NCBI GenBank assembly: GCA_947453375.1
Contig: CANGGT010000001.1
Location: 11,381 to 75,380, forward strand
Direction of reading: 5' to 3'
DNA: 64,000 nt
Source: Planctomycetaceae bacterium
Lineage (GTDB): Bacteria; Planctomycetota; Planctomycetia; Pirellulales; UBA1268
In this document: one piece after another, positions 26,374-35,130 of the stretch
How the letters are laid out: every line of letters starts with the position of its first letter
Position numbering within the stretch: position 1 is the first letter of the stretch
Made by a program: the position numbers and the translations under genes
The notes under the pieces: model-generated
Database searches by the model: none
What the model saw: the letters and a program-made list of their open reading frames with translations, nothing else
Told to the model about the DNA's origin: nothing

Positions 26374-28017
26374 TCACTTTGCCACCCGCTGCATCTCGCT
26401 GACGCTCGTGATCCCGGCGAGCACCTTGCCGACGCCCGATTCGAGGAGCGTCTTCATGCCCCCTTTGCGGGCCGCCTGACGGATCGTCTGCATCGAGGGG
26501 CGGCCGACGAGAAGCTCGCGGATCGAGTTGTCGAAGATCATCAGTTCGTGGAGGCCGGTGCGGCCGCGGAAGCCGGTGCCATGGCACGCCGGACATCCCT
26601 TCTCCTGGTAGACCGTCACGTCCTTCCCGACCGCGATCCCCCATTTCTGCTTGAGCTCGTCGGAGAGCTGGACGGCCTGCTTGCACTTCGGGCAGAGGAC
26701 GCGAACGAGCCGCTGGGCGAGGACTGCGGAGACGGCCGACTGGATGAGCGTCGCCTCGACACCGATGTCGAGGAGCCGGGTGATCGTGGTGGGGGCGTCG
26801 TTGGCGTGGAGCGTCGTGAACACGAAGTGGCCCGTCATCGCCGCCTGCATGGCGATCTCGGCCGTCTCCTTATCGCGGATCTCGCCGACGAGGATCACGT
26901 CCGGATCTTGCCGGAGCGTCGAGCGGAGGATCTTGGCGAAGGTCAGCTCGGCGGCAACGTTGACCGCGGTCTGCGAGATCCCCTCGAGCCGGTATTCGAT
27001 CGGGTCCTCGATCGTGATGATGTTCTTGGAATTGACGTCGATCTCCGAGAGCGCGGAGTAGAGCGTCGTCGTCTTGCCCGATCCGGTCGGCCCGCAGACG
27101 ATGAGCATGCCGTGCGGTTGCTGGATGATCTCGCGGAGCTGGGCGACGACCGAATCCTTCATGCCGATCGAGCCGAGCCCCCCCTTCACGATCCCGCCGT
27201 CGGCATCGAGGAGCCGCAGCGCCATCTTCTCGCCGAAGTTCGTCGGGGCCGAGGCAGCGCGGACATCGAAGCGCCTGTCCTCCATGAGGACGGTGAACGT
27301 CCCGTCCTGCGGGCGCCGCTTCTCGGCGATGTCCATGTCGCCGAGCACCTTCATCGCCGAGAGGACCGCCTTCCCCTCGTCGGCGGGAAAAGCCGCGATG
27401 TTCTGGAGGATCCCGTCGATGCGGCAGCGAACGACATACTCGTCGTTGCTCTTCGGCTCGCAGTGGATGTCGGTCGCCCGGAGGTCGACCGCCTTGAGGA
27501 ACATCTCCTGCACCGTCTTCACCGCCTGGGAAGTCTCGCGGTCGAGGCCCCCGCCCTTGCCGTCGACGGTGGTGCCGTCTTTTTTCAGGAGGACAATCCG
27601 CGGCGCCGGGCCGGTCCTCGTCAGGCCGCCCGATGCTCCCACCGGGAAGGCCCGGTCGAATTGCCGCTCGAGCCCGAGTCGGACGGCGAGTTTCCGCCCG
27701 GTCCGCCGGGCGAAGGTGGCCGAGAGGATTTTGTCGGTCGGCTTTGCCTTCGAGTCGCGAAGCGCCACATACCCCAGCGTGATGGCGGGGATGAGAAGGG
27801 CGAAGAGCACCAGCGGGCCGAGCCCGGCCTGCCAGGTGGCGAAGAAGAGGAGGAGGCCGACGGCCGCAAAGAGGAGATTCCAGGGGAGCGGGTTCCCGAA
27901 CACCTTTCGGGCATCCCGGTCGACCCACATGCAGATCGCCGCCCAGAGGGCCGCCAGGGCGACCCACAGGCCCCCCGTCCAGAGGAGTTGCTCGCCGAAT
28001 GATGGAGGTACGACCAC
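26374..28017 (-). CDS. GspE/PilB-family secretion ATPase with N-terminal transmembrane segments
   Basis: 547-aa track ORF with a GTG start. ATPase motifs: Walker A GPTGSGKTTT, Walker B DPDVILVGEIRD, His box TGHFVFTTLHAND, tetracysteine CPKC...CPAC. The first ~90 aa contain three hydrophobic helices. Confidence 0.9.
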   Translation of the reverse strand: MVVPPSFGEQLLWTGGLWVALAALWAAICMWVDRDARKVFGNPLPWNLLFAAVGLLLFFATWQAGLGPLVLFALLIPAITLGYVALRDSKAKPTDKILSATFARRTGRKLAVRLGLERQFDRAFPVGASGGLTRTGPAPRIVLLKKDGTTVDGKGGGLDRETSQAVKTVQEMFLKAVDLRATDIHCEPKSNDEYVVRCRIDGILQNIAAFPADEGKAVLSAMKVLGDMDIAEKRRPQDGTFTVLMEDRRFDVRAASAPTNFGEKMALRLLDADGGIVKGGLGSIGMKDSVVAQLREIIQQPHGMLIVCGPTGSGKTTTLYSALSEIDVNSKNIITIEDPIEYRLEGISQTAVNVAAELTFAKILRSTLRQDPDVILVGEIRDKETAEIAMQAAMTGHFVFTTLHANDAPTTITRLLDIGVEATLIQSAVSAVLAQRLVRVLCPKCKQAVQLSDELKQKWGIAVGKDVTVYQEKGCPACHGTGFRGRTGLHELMIFDNSIRELLVGRPSMQTIRQAARKGGMKTLLESGVGKVLAGITSVSEMQRVAK

Positions 28018-28273
28018 GCCTCACCCGCCTCTGGGGATCGCCCTGCAGGACAGCCACGGACGCCGGGTCGGAGGAAGACCGCCGCAGGACCGCCCGCGTC
28101 CCCGCCACGGCCCGAAAAAGGCCGCGTCTCCGAGCACCCCGTTTTAGCCTCTGAGAGGGGGAAAATCCACGCAGCGCCCCCTCGCCGCCACGCTTTTTCT
28201 TCCTGCCGGCACAGGCGCCGGACGGCTATCATCGGATGAGAGCTCGAGCCGTCACGCCCCCGTCGCACCCGCC

Positions 28274-29773
28274 ATGCCCCCCCATCCGTCACCCACCGCG
28301 TCCCCCCACCCCGGCCATTCCGGCGATCCCGTCGGCGGTGCGCACGGGGCGAAGAAGCAGTTCCTCCGCGATGCGCGCGAGTATGTCCGCGACACCGACC
28401 ACCGCGCCTTCCTCCGCCGCGCCCTGGCGGGCTACTACACCACGCGCGACGGCCAAAAGGCGCGCTACCGCGACTGGGAGCACGCCCGCGACGCCGCCAA
28501 CCTCGCCAAGTGGAACGCCGTCAACCGGCTCGACGAGATGCTCGTCCGCTTCGCCGACACCTTCGAGGCCGGCGGCGGCAAAGTGCACTGGGCCCGCGAC
28601 GCGGCCGAGGCGCGTTCGATCATCCTCGGGATCGTCCGCGACGCGGGTGCCAAGGCGATCATCAAGAGCAAGTGCATGACGAGCGAGGAGATCCACCTGA
28701 ACGCCGCCCTCGAGGCCGAGGGCTACGGCGTGGTGGAGAGCGACCTCGGAGAGTTCATCCAGCAGCTCCGTGGCGAGCCCCCCTTCCACTTCGTCTTTCC
28801 CTGCATGCACGTCCGCCGTGGCGAGATCAGCAAGCTCTTCGAGGAGCACCTCGGCAGCGCGCCGACGGAGAGCCCCGAGGAGCTGACGATGATCGCCCGT
28901 CGCTACATGCGTCGGCTCTACGTCGAGGCCGACGTGGGGATCACGGGCGGCAATTTCCTCGTCGCCGAGACCGGCCAGATCTCGATCACCGAAAACGAAG
29001 GCAACGCCCGGCTCACCGCGGCGCTGCCGCGCGTCCACGTGGCGCTGGTGGGAATCGAGAAATGCGTGGAGCGGCTCGATGATCTCGCCGTTCTCCTCCC
29101 GATGCTCGCGACCGCCGGAACCGGCCAACCGATCACCTGCTACAACACCCTCTACGGCGGCCCCCGGGCCACCGGGGAATGCGACGGCCCGCGGGAGATG
29201 CACGTCGTCCTCCTCGACAACGGCCGCGCGGCGATCCTCGCCGATCCCGAGCAGCGAGATAGCCTCCAGTGCATCCGCTGCGGTGCCTGCCTCAACGTCT
29301 GCCCGATCTTCAAGAACGTCGGCGGCTTCACCTACGGCACCACCTACCAGGGGCCGATCGGCTCGGTGATCACCCCCCATCTCCGCGGCCTCGGTGACTG
29401 GAATCACCTTTCCCAGGCCAGTTCGCTGTGCGGCGCCTGCACCGACGCCTGTCCGGTGCGGATCGACATCCACCACCATCTCCTCCACAACCGGCGCAAT
29501 GCCGTCCGGGCTGCGCCGAACCGCATCGAGCGGATGGGCCACCGGATGTTCGCCGCCGTCGCCGCGCGGCCGCAACTGTTTGCCGCCGGCGGAGCGCTGT
29601 TTCGCCGTTCGCTCTGGCTCTTGAAGAAACTCCGGCTGCCGCTGCTGCGTGACTGGATCGCGAGCCGCGATCTGCCGGGGGCTCCGGCGCGGAGCTTCCG
29701 CGACCAATGGCGCCATCGCGCCGCCCCGGCGGTGGCCCGCAGTCGCCCGAGCACCGGCGGGGGTGCCCGATGA
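28274..29773 (+). CDS. lutB: L-lactate utilisation protein B (4Fe-4S, LUD domain)
   Basis: 499-aa track ORF. Ferredoxin-type cluster motifs CIRCGACLNVCP and CGACTDACP, and an LUD-type block ITGGNFLVAETGQISI. Confidence 0.9.
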   Translation: MPPHPSPTASPHPGHSGDPVGGAHGAKKQFLRDAREYVRDTDHRAFLRRALAGYYTTRDGQKARYRDWEHARDAANLAKWNAVNRLDEMLVRFADTFEAGGGKVHWARDAAEARSIILGIVRDAGAKAIIKSKCMTSEEIHLNAALEAEGYGVVESDLGEFIQQLRGEPPFHFVFPCMHVRRGEISKLFEEHLGSAPTESPEELTMIARRYMRRLYVEADVGITGGNFLVAETGQISITENEGNARLTAALPRVHVALVGIEKCVERLDDLAVLLPMLATAGTGQPITCYNTLYGGPRATGECDGPREMHVVLLDNGRAAILADPEQRDSLQCIRCGACLNVCPIFKNVGGFTYGTTYQGPIGSVITPHLRGLGDWNHLSQASSLCGACTDACPVRIDIHHHLLHNRRNAVRAAPNRIERMGHRMFAAVAARPQLFAAGGALFRRSLWLLKKLRLPLLRDWIASRDLPGAPARSFRDQWRHRAAPAVARSRPSTGGGAR

Positions 29774-30534
29774 ACGCCCGCGATGCGATTCTCGCCCGGG
29801 TTCGGGAGGCGCTCACCGTTCCCGGTCCTGGGCCCCATCAGCGTGCCGGGGAGATGGCCGGCCACGGAGCCGCCCCCCATCCGGCGCCTCCGCCGCTCGG
29901 CAGCCTGCCGGTGCTCGCGCTCGAGGCCGCGCGTCCCTGGCTCCCCGACGGCGGCGCCACCCCGGAAGAGCGGCTGTCCCTGCTCGCCGACAATCTCGGC
30001 AAGCTCAAGGCCGTGTTCCACTGTGTGCCGACGATCCACGCCGCGCAAGATCTCCTCTTTTCGATCGCCCGCGAGCGCGACTGGAAGCGCGTCGCCTGGC
30101 ACGCCCATCCGCTCGTCGAGCCGATCCTCGCAGGCATCCCGTGCGCGACGCACAAAGTCGACTCAGCCGCTGGGGTGGTGGCCGATCTCGCCACCGACGC
30201 CGGCGCCCGCAAGGACGCCCTCGAGGCCTGCGACGCCGGCATCACCGGCTGCGAGGCGCTCGTCGCCCAGACCGGCTCGATCCTCGTCTCGAGCGCCACC
30301 TGCGGGGGCCGGGCACTGTCGGTGCTGCCGCCGGTGCATGTCGTCGTCGCCACGCCCGAGCAGATCGTGGCAACCCTCGCCGACGCCTTCGACGCCCTCC
30401 GCGAGCGGCACGGGAAGTCTCTCCCGAGCATGCTCTCCTTCATCACCGGCCCGAGTCGCACCGGCGACATCGAGCGGATCCTCGTCCTCGGCGCCCATGG
30501 GCCGAAGGAACTGATCGTGATCCTCGTCGGTTGA
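29770..30534 (+). CDS. lutC: L-lactate utilisation protein C (LUD domain)
   Basis: Start at ATG 29770 (ATGA overlap with the lutB stop) within track ORF 29707..30534. Motifs: MNARDAILARVREAL, ITGCEALVAQTGSILV. Confidence 0.85.
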   Translation: MNARDAILARVREALTVPGPGPHQRAGEMAGHGAAPHPAPPPLGSLPVLALEAARPWLPDGGATPEERLSLLADNLGKLKAVFHCVPTIHAAQDLLFSIARERDWKRVAWHAHPLVEPILAGIPCATHKVDSAAGVVADLATDAGARKDALEACDAGITGCEALVAQTGSILVSSATCGGRALSVLPPVHVVVATPEQIVATLADAFDALRERHGKSLPSMLSFITGPSRTGDIERILVLGAHGPKELIVILVG

Positions 30535-30716
30535 CGGGGCGTCGCCCCCCTCCCCGGTAGCCCTGCGATTCGCCCCGTGCCCAGCGACGGCGCTCACGAT
30601 CCGCCCGGGATCGACAGCCTCGATTTTCACCAGAACGGTGATCGAGCCGCACTCAATCTTGGGATCCAATTTCGCAATCACTGCGAAACCGCCGGCTGTG
30701 CTTCGCCGCGGTGCTG

Positions 30717-30789
30717 GCCGTTTCGTCCCTGGAATTGCCCGTTCGTCCCTGCCCATGCCCATTCGTCCCTGCCCACGCCCATTCGTCAC
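30717..30789. repeat. About 3.5 tandem copies of a 20-bp motif, ~100 bp upstream of the PEP-CTERM gene
   Basis: gccgtttcgtccctggaatt / gcccgttcgtccctgcccat / gcccattcgtccctgcccac / gcccattcgtcac. The core TTCGTCCCTG recurs at 30722, 30742 and 30762 (TTCGTCAC at 30782). Confidence 0.6.
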
Positions 30790-30895
30790 TTTTTCTTTAC
30801 TGCTCGGCGAAAGGAACGACCTTTGCGGATTCACCGTCCTGCCGGAAGGTCGTCAGCGTTGACGGTCCTCTCTTTCCTTTCCAAGGTTTCTCTTC

Positions 30896-31693
30896 ATGAA
30901 CAGCTTCTTCGCTTCAGCGGCTCGTGTGTGGTGCCGAGTCGGTGCTACTGCGTTCGTCCTCGTGTCCCTCACCAACGTTGCTTCCGCCGTGAGTGTGGCC
31001 ACCAACACGCTCAACAACCCGGCTCTGCCACTCAAAGTTTCGTTGTCGCACACCGGCAGCGGACCGGGCTCACGGACCGACATCATCACTCATGCCCAGC
31101 CTTTCCATTTGAGCCCGGTCGGTTCGCAAGGGGACATCATCCGAGGCGTGGAGGCTTACACGCATGGCCTTCAAATGGATCCGCAGAATCTCCGCATCGG
31201 CATCTATGCGAACATGGTCGACTTTCAACAACTCCAGCCCCCGGCGATCGGCACCATCGCCGTCGATGTTCCGGACCTCAGCACCGCACTGATCGAGTTC
31301 GGGACACCGACGGTGACCACCTTCTCCGACGTTTCGGGAACTTCCTGGACCGCCAGATTCACCCCGCGTGTGTTGAGCAACCACTTCCTTCCGTCGAACG
31401 CTTCCCCCTACTGGATCGTCTATTCGCTCGTCGCCGACCAAGAGCTTTTCTTGGACGGGGTCGCGTCCGGCTTGCCCTTCCCCGAGTCGACCCGGGCCGA
31501 GTACTTCTTCAACGGCAGTGACCCCGTGACCCCATCGTGGGTCACCCAGGGCCGTGCCGTCGCCGCGTCGATCGAGTACGTCGCCGTCCCCGAGATCGAC
31601 CCGAGCAGTTTCGGCAGTGCCCTGTCGCTTGTCGTCGGCGCGATCGCGCTTTGCGAACGGCGCCGCCTCCGCGGGTGTGCGTCGGCCTCCTGA
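30896..31693 (+). CDS. Secreted PEP-CTERM sorting-domain protein
   Basis: 265-aa track ORF. It has an N-terminal signal peptide (VGATAFVLVSLTNVASA) and a C-terminal VPEIDPSSFGSALSLVVGAIALCERRRLRG (PEP motif + TM + basic cluster). It uses visibly more A/T-ending codons than its neighbours. Confidence 0.75.
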   Translation: MNSFFASAARVWCRVGATAFVLVSLTNVASAVSVATNTLNNPALPLKVSLSHTGSGPGSRTDIITHAQPFHLSPVGSQGDIIRGVEAYTHGLQMDPQNLRIGIYANMVDFQQLQPPAIGTIAVDVPDLSTALIEFGTPTVTTFSDVSGTSWTARFTPRVLSNHFLPSNASPYWIVYSLVADQELFLDGVASGLPFPESTRAEYFFNGSDPVTPSWVTQGRAVAASIEYVAVPEIDPSSFGSALSLVVGAIALCERRRLRGCASAS

Positions 31694-32029
31694 TCCCCCT
31701 CCGGACGACCCGTGGGTCTCCCCACATCGGGCCGGGCATCGCAAGGTGCCCGGCCCGCGTCGTTGTTCGCCGCGCCCGACAGAGTGTCGGAAAGCCCTCT
31801 CCACTCCTTCCCCGGCGCTCGGATCGTTCGGATGCCGCCGCGCTCCGGGGCGCGAGAACGATCCCAGCCGATTTTTTTCCCAAGTGCGAACCAGCCCGCC
31901 GAGCCCTCCGTAGAATCCACCGGACGTTGCGGTGCCGTGAGGTGGCCGCGATGCCCACTCGAGACGGGAGATGGTTGGCGGCCACGTCTTTTCCAGGGCG
32001 TGGCTGCGGCAAGGAGAAGGTGGATTCCG

Positions 32030-32659
32030 ATGACCCTGCAACGATCCAATCCGGGCTTGTGGCTCTCCTGCGGGATGAGTCTGCGCTCGGTCGGTCGGCA
32101 GCAGGGGAGCCGGCTCCATCGTCGTGACGGGCTGATTCGTGGTGACCTGCGGCCTCTGGCTGCGGGCCCACGCTCTCGGCTCGCCCTCGCTGCGGCCCTG
32201 GTCGTCGCCTCCCTCCTGTCCCCGGGTGCCAGCGGTGCCTGCGCCGGGTGTTGTGACGACGGTTCCCCGACCGTCGCTGCGCCCCTGGCTGCGGGCATCG
32301 CCCCCGTTCACGCCGCGGCTCTGGTCAAAGCGGCTCCCCACGGCTGCTGCCACCTCCCCGGTGGCGACATGGGGGCCACAGCCGAGTCGTGCTGCTCGAG
32401 TGCCGTTCTCGAGGCGGCCGGCTGCGAGTCGCCGTTGGATCGGGCCGATTCGTGCGGCTGCAACCTTGTCCCCCGCGACGAGTCGCCGGCCGTCCCGGTC
32501 CGCACCGAGCCCGACGTCCGTGCCAGCACGGCGATCTTCACGCATGGCTTCCACGCGACGGCGGTCGACGTCGGCCAGTTGTGTCGTCAAAGCGACGGCA
32601 CGGTGCTGCCGGTCCATGCCCGCCCGTTGCGGGTGCTCTACGGGGTGTGGCGGAACTGA
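32030..32659 (+). CDS. Hypothetical Cys-rich exported/membrane protein
   Basis: The 3' 209 codons of track ORF 31712..32659. Start at ATG 32030 (AAGGAG at 32011-32016); ATG 32075 is also possible. It has a hydrophobic segment LALAAALVVASLL followed by Cys motifs CAGCC, GCCH, SCC, GC and SCGC. Coding status is moderate. Confidence 0.45.
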   Translation: MTLQRSNPGLWLSCGMSLRSVGRQQGSRLHRRDGLIRGDLRPLAAGPRSRLALAAALVVASLLSPGASGACAGCCDDGSPTVAAPLAAGIAPVHAAALVKAAPHGCCHLPGGDMGATAESCCSSAVLEAAGCESPLDRADSCGCNLVPRDESPAVPVRTEPDVRASTAIFTHGFHATAVDVGQLCRQSDGTVLPVHARPLRVLYGVWRN

Positions 32660-32749
32660 AGCCGGATCCGGAGTCTCCATGCCCTGCATGGCCCTCCATG
32701 ATCTTCCCGGTTTTCTTTCCTTCCACGTTCTTTCCCAAGGAGCTTTCTC

Positions 32750-33007
32750 ATGTCCACGTTCCTCGTCTGGGCCGCCATGGCCCTCTCTCCCCTGGCTGGT
32801 GGTCAGACCGCATCGTGCGGCCTGTGTGACGCCTGCGAATGCTGCGGTTGCTGCGAGAGCGGCGCCTGCACGTGCAGCGAGTGCCGCTGCTCCTGCTGTG
32901 AGGCCGGTGCCTCCCAGACAGAGGGCTGCTGCACCGTGAGCGCTGCGGCCGATCGTGCCCTCCAGGCCGAGCAGGCCGGCTGCTGCGGCAGCGGCTGCTG
33001 CAAGTAA
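32750..33007 (+). CDS. Small extremely Cys-rich peptide (85 aa, 19 Cys), metallothionein-like composition
   Basis: Track ORF with a strong SD (AAGGAG at 32737-32742, 7 nt before the ATG). Hydrophobic N-terminus MSTFLVWAAMALSPLAGG, then SCGLCDACECCGCCESGACTCSECRCSCCE...GCC...GCCGSGCCK. A terminator follows at 33081-33125. Confidence 0.65.
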   Translation: MSTFLVWAAMALSPLAGGQTASCGLCDACECCGCCESGACTCSECRCSCCEAGASQTEGCCTVSAAADRALQAEQAGCCGSGCCK

Positions 33008-33080
33008 GACGCGCTGCTGATACTTCCGGCAATCCCCGACCGGGCTGACGGCGGTTCTCCGCCCCACCCGGCATGAGCCT

Positions 33081-33125
33081 CCGGCCGGGCGTCGCATCTG
33101 CGGCGCCCGGCCGGGCTTCTTTCTC
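33081..33125 (+). terminator. Rho-independent terminator
   Basis: Perfect 11-bp stem ccggccgggcg (33081-33091) / cgcccggccgg (33104-33114), followed by the T-rich tract gcttctttctc. Confidence 0.6.
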
Positions 33126-33473
33126 GACGCCGCACTGCGCTCTGCCTCGCGCTCACCGGCGCGCGTCGCCGCCACAGCGGCGCTCGCCCGCTACGACCGG
33201 AATCCTCGTCACGGTCGGATCTTTTCGAGCCCCAGTGAGTTTTCCGACTGGGAAAGATCGATCTCCTGTCCAGGAGTTTGCCGCTCGCGCAAACCCTGAC
33301 GATCACGGTGATCTCGCCACGTACCGGCGACGTGCACGGCAGGGGAATAAAGCGGCGGGCTCGGTCGGTGCGGAGCTGTGGCACGCCTTCCATCTGGGGT
33401 GGGCGGGCCAGGCGACGGACCGGCCAAGTGTTCGCGAACCGTTTCCTTTTTTTCTTTCCATCCGGAGGATTCT

Positions 33474-35081
33474 GTGAAGAAGCGTTTGACGTTCGGCTTC
33501 CTGCCCTGGGTTGCCGCTGTTGCCATCTGTTCCGGCAGCGGTTTTTCCCACGGTCAGGAGTCCGTGATCGAGGCCGGCTCGGTTCTTGCCAACGGTGGCG
33601 TGGCTCACACCGAGCCCGCGATCGTCGAGGGTGAGGCCGCCGCGCCGTCCGCTGCGGAGGGTGCCATCGTTAGCGAAGGCGCCATCGTCAGCGAGGGTGC
33701 CGCCGCCGGTGGTGCCACCCGCAAGGTGCTCCGCCGCGAGTGGGTCACCGAAACCCGTGACGTCAACGTCACGGAGTATGTCCAGGAGCAGCGTGAGCGG
33801 TCCTACACCGTCACGAAGCGCGTCCCCCGCACCGAGCAGCGGACCCGCGAGTACACGGTGAACGTGCCCGAGACGCGCACCAAGACGGTGAACTACACCG
33901 TCAACACGACCGTTCCGGAAACCCGCACCCGTGAGTACACGGTCAAGGTTCCCTACACGGAGACGATCGAGCAGAACTACACCGTGATGGTCCCGGTCAA
34001 GGAAGAGAAGAGCCGGAGCTGGACGGTGAAGGTCCCCTACACCGAGTCCGTCGAGCAGGCGTACACGGTGAACGTGCCGGTCAAGGAAGAGAAGACGGCG
34101 ACCTACACGGTGAAGGTTCCCTACACCGAGCAGCGTTCGGCCAGCTACACGGTCCGGGTTCCGTACACCGAGCAGGTCGAGGAGACCTACACGGTGCGCG
34201 TTCCCTACACCGAGCAGATGACCGGCTACCGCACGGTCAGCAAGCGGGTTCCCGTCAAGGAGATGAAGACGGTCTCCGTGAAGGGCGGCCACTGGGAGAC
34301 CAGCGCCAAGGAGATCTCCGCGAACGGCAAGTATGACGCCGAGGGCAACCCCTGCTGCCCGAAGACGGTCTGCTGCCGCACGTGGGTCCCGACCTGCGAG
34401 TCGAAGGAAGTCGAGACCACCCGGTGGGAGTGCACCACGGAGCAGGTGCCCTACACCTACTGCGTGACGAAGAGCCGCTGCGAAACCCGCTCGCGCACCA
34501 AGTGCGTGACGAAGTTCCGCTGCGAGGAGCGGACCCGGAACTACTGCGTGACCCTGTCGCGCTGCGAGACCCGGACCCGCAACTACTGCGTCACGAAGAT
34601 GGTCCCCGAGACCCGGACCCGGACGGTGAAGGTGCAGAAGTGCCGTGACGAGATCCGCACCGGCACCTACTGCGTGACGAAGATGGTTCCCGAGACCCGC
34701 ACGAAGAGCGTGTGCGTGAAGAAGTTCCGTTGCGAGACGCGGACCGCTTCCTACACGGTCAACAAGTGTGTCCCCGAGACCCGTTCGAAGGAAGTGTGCT
34801 ACACGGTGATGGTCCCGCAGCAGCGGACGGCCAACTACTGTGTCACCCTCTATGACAACGTCTGCGAGACGAAGACCTGCTCCTACACGGTGTGCGTGCC
34901 GAAGTGCGTCACCAAGCAGATCCAGGTCAAGGTTTGCCGGACGGTTTGCGAGGAAGTCCCCTGCGATGCTTGCTCGGGCTGCTCGAGCGACGCTGACGCC
35001 TGCGGTTGCGGCAACGGCAACGCCGGCAAGGCCAAGGGCCACAAGGGCTGCGGTCTCCTCCGCTGCCGCAAGGGCTGCTGA
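33474..35081 (+). CDS. YTV-repeat protein (Planctomycete cell-wall-type), Cys-rich C-terminal half
   Basis: Start at GTG 33474 (GGAGG at 33464-33468) within track ORF 33378..35081. It has a signal peptide, then many YTVxVP(Y/E)TE repeats, then repeats of YCVTK/RCETR type with ~30 Cys. It ends CDACSGCSS...CGCGNG...GCGLLRCRKGC. Confidence 0.85.
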   Translation: MKKRLTFGFLPWVAAVAICSGSGFSHGQESVIEAGSVLANGGVAHTEPAIVEGEAAAPSAAEGAIVSEGAIVSEGAAAGGATRKVLRREWVTETRDVNVTEYVQEQRERSYTVTKRVPRTEQRTREYTVNVPETRTKTVNYTVNTTVPETRTREYTVKVPYTETIEQNYTVMVPVKEEKSRSWTVKVPYTESVEQAYTVNVPVKEEKTATYTVKVPYTEQRSASYTVRVPYTEQVEETYTVRVPYTEQMTGYRTVSKRVPVKEMKTVSVKGGHWETSAKEISANGKYDAEGNPCCPKTVCCRTWVPTCESKEVETTRWECTTEQVPYTYCVTKSRCETRSRTKCVTKFRCEERTRNYCVTLSRCETRTRNYCVTKMVPETRTRTVKVQKCRDEIRTGTYCVTKMVPETRTKSVCVKKFRCETRTASYTVNKCVPETRSKEVCYTVMVPQQRTANYCVTLYDNVCETKTCSYTVCVPKCVTKQIQVKVCRTVCEEVPCDACSGCSSDADACGCGNGNAGKAKGHKGCGLLRCRKGC

Positions 35082-35130
35082 TCGCGACCGGCCAGCAGGT
35101 CGCTGACCTGACGGTCGACACGAAGCACGA

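Noticed and set aside
23871-28017. A mobile-element insertion as the explanation for the lutA / lutBC split.
   Set aside because: I could see no integrase, transposase or recombinase, no tRNA, and no inverted or direct terminal repeats. Base composition appears uniform with the flanks. I kept it only as a synteny observation.
30717-30789. Possible CRISPR array or minisatellite.
   Set aside because: The units are only 20 bp and directly abutting, with no spacers. There are about 3.5 copies and no cas genes. I reported it as a promoter-proximal tandem repeat instead.
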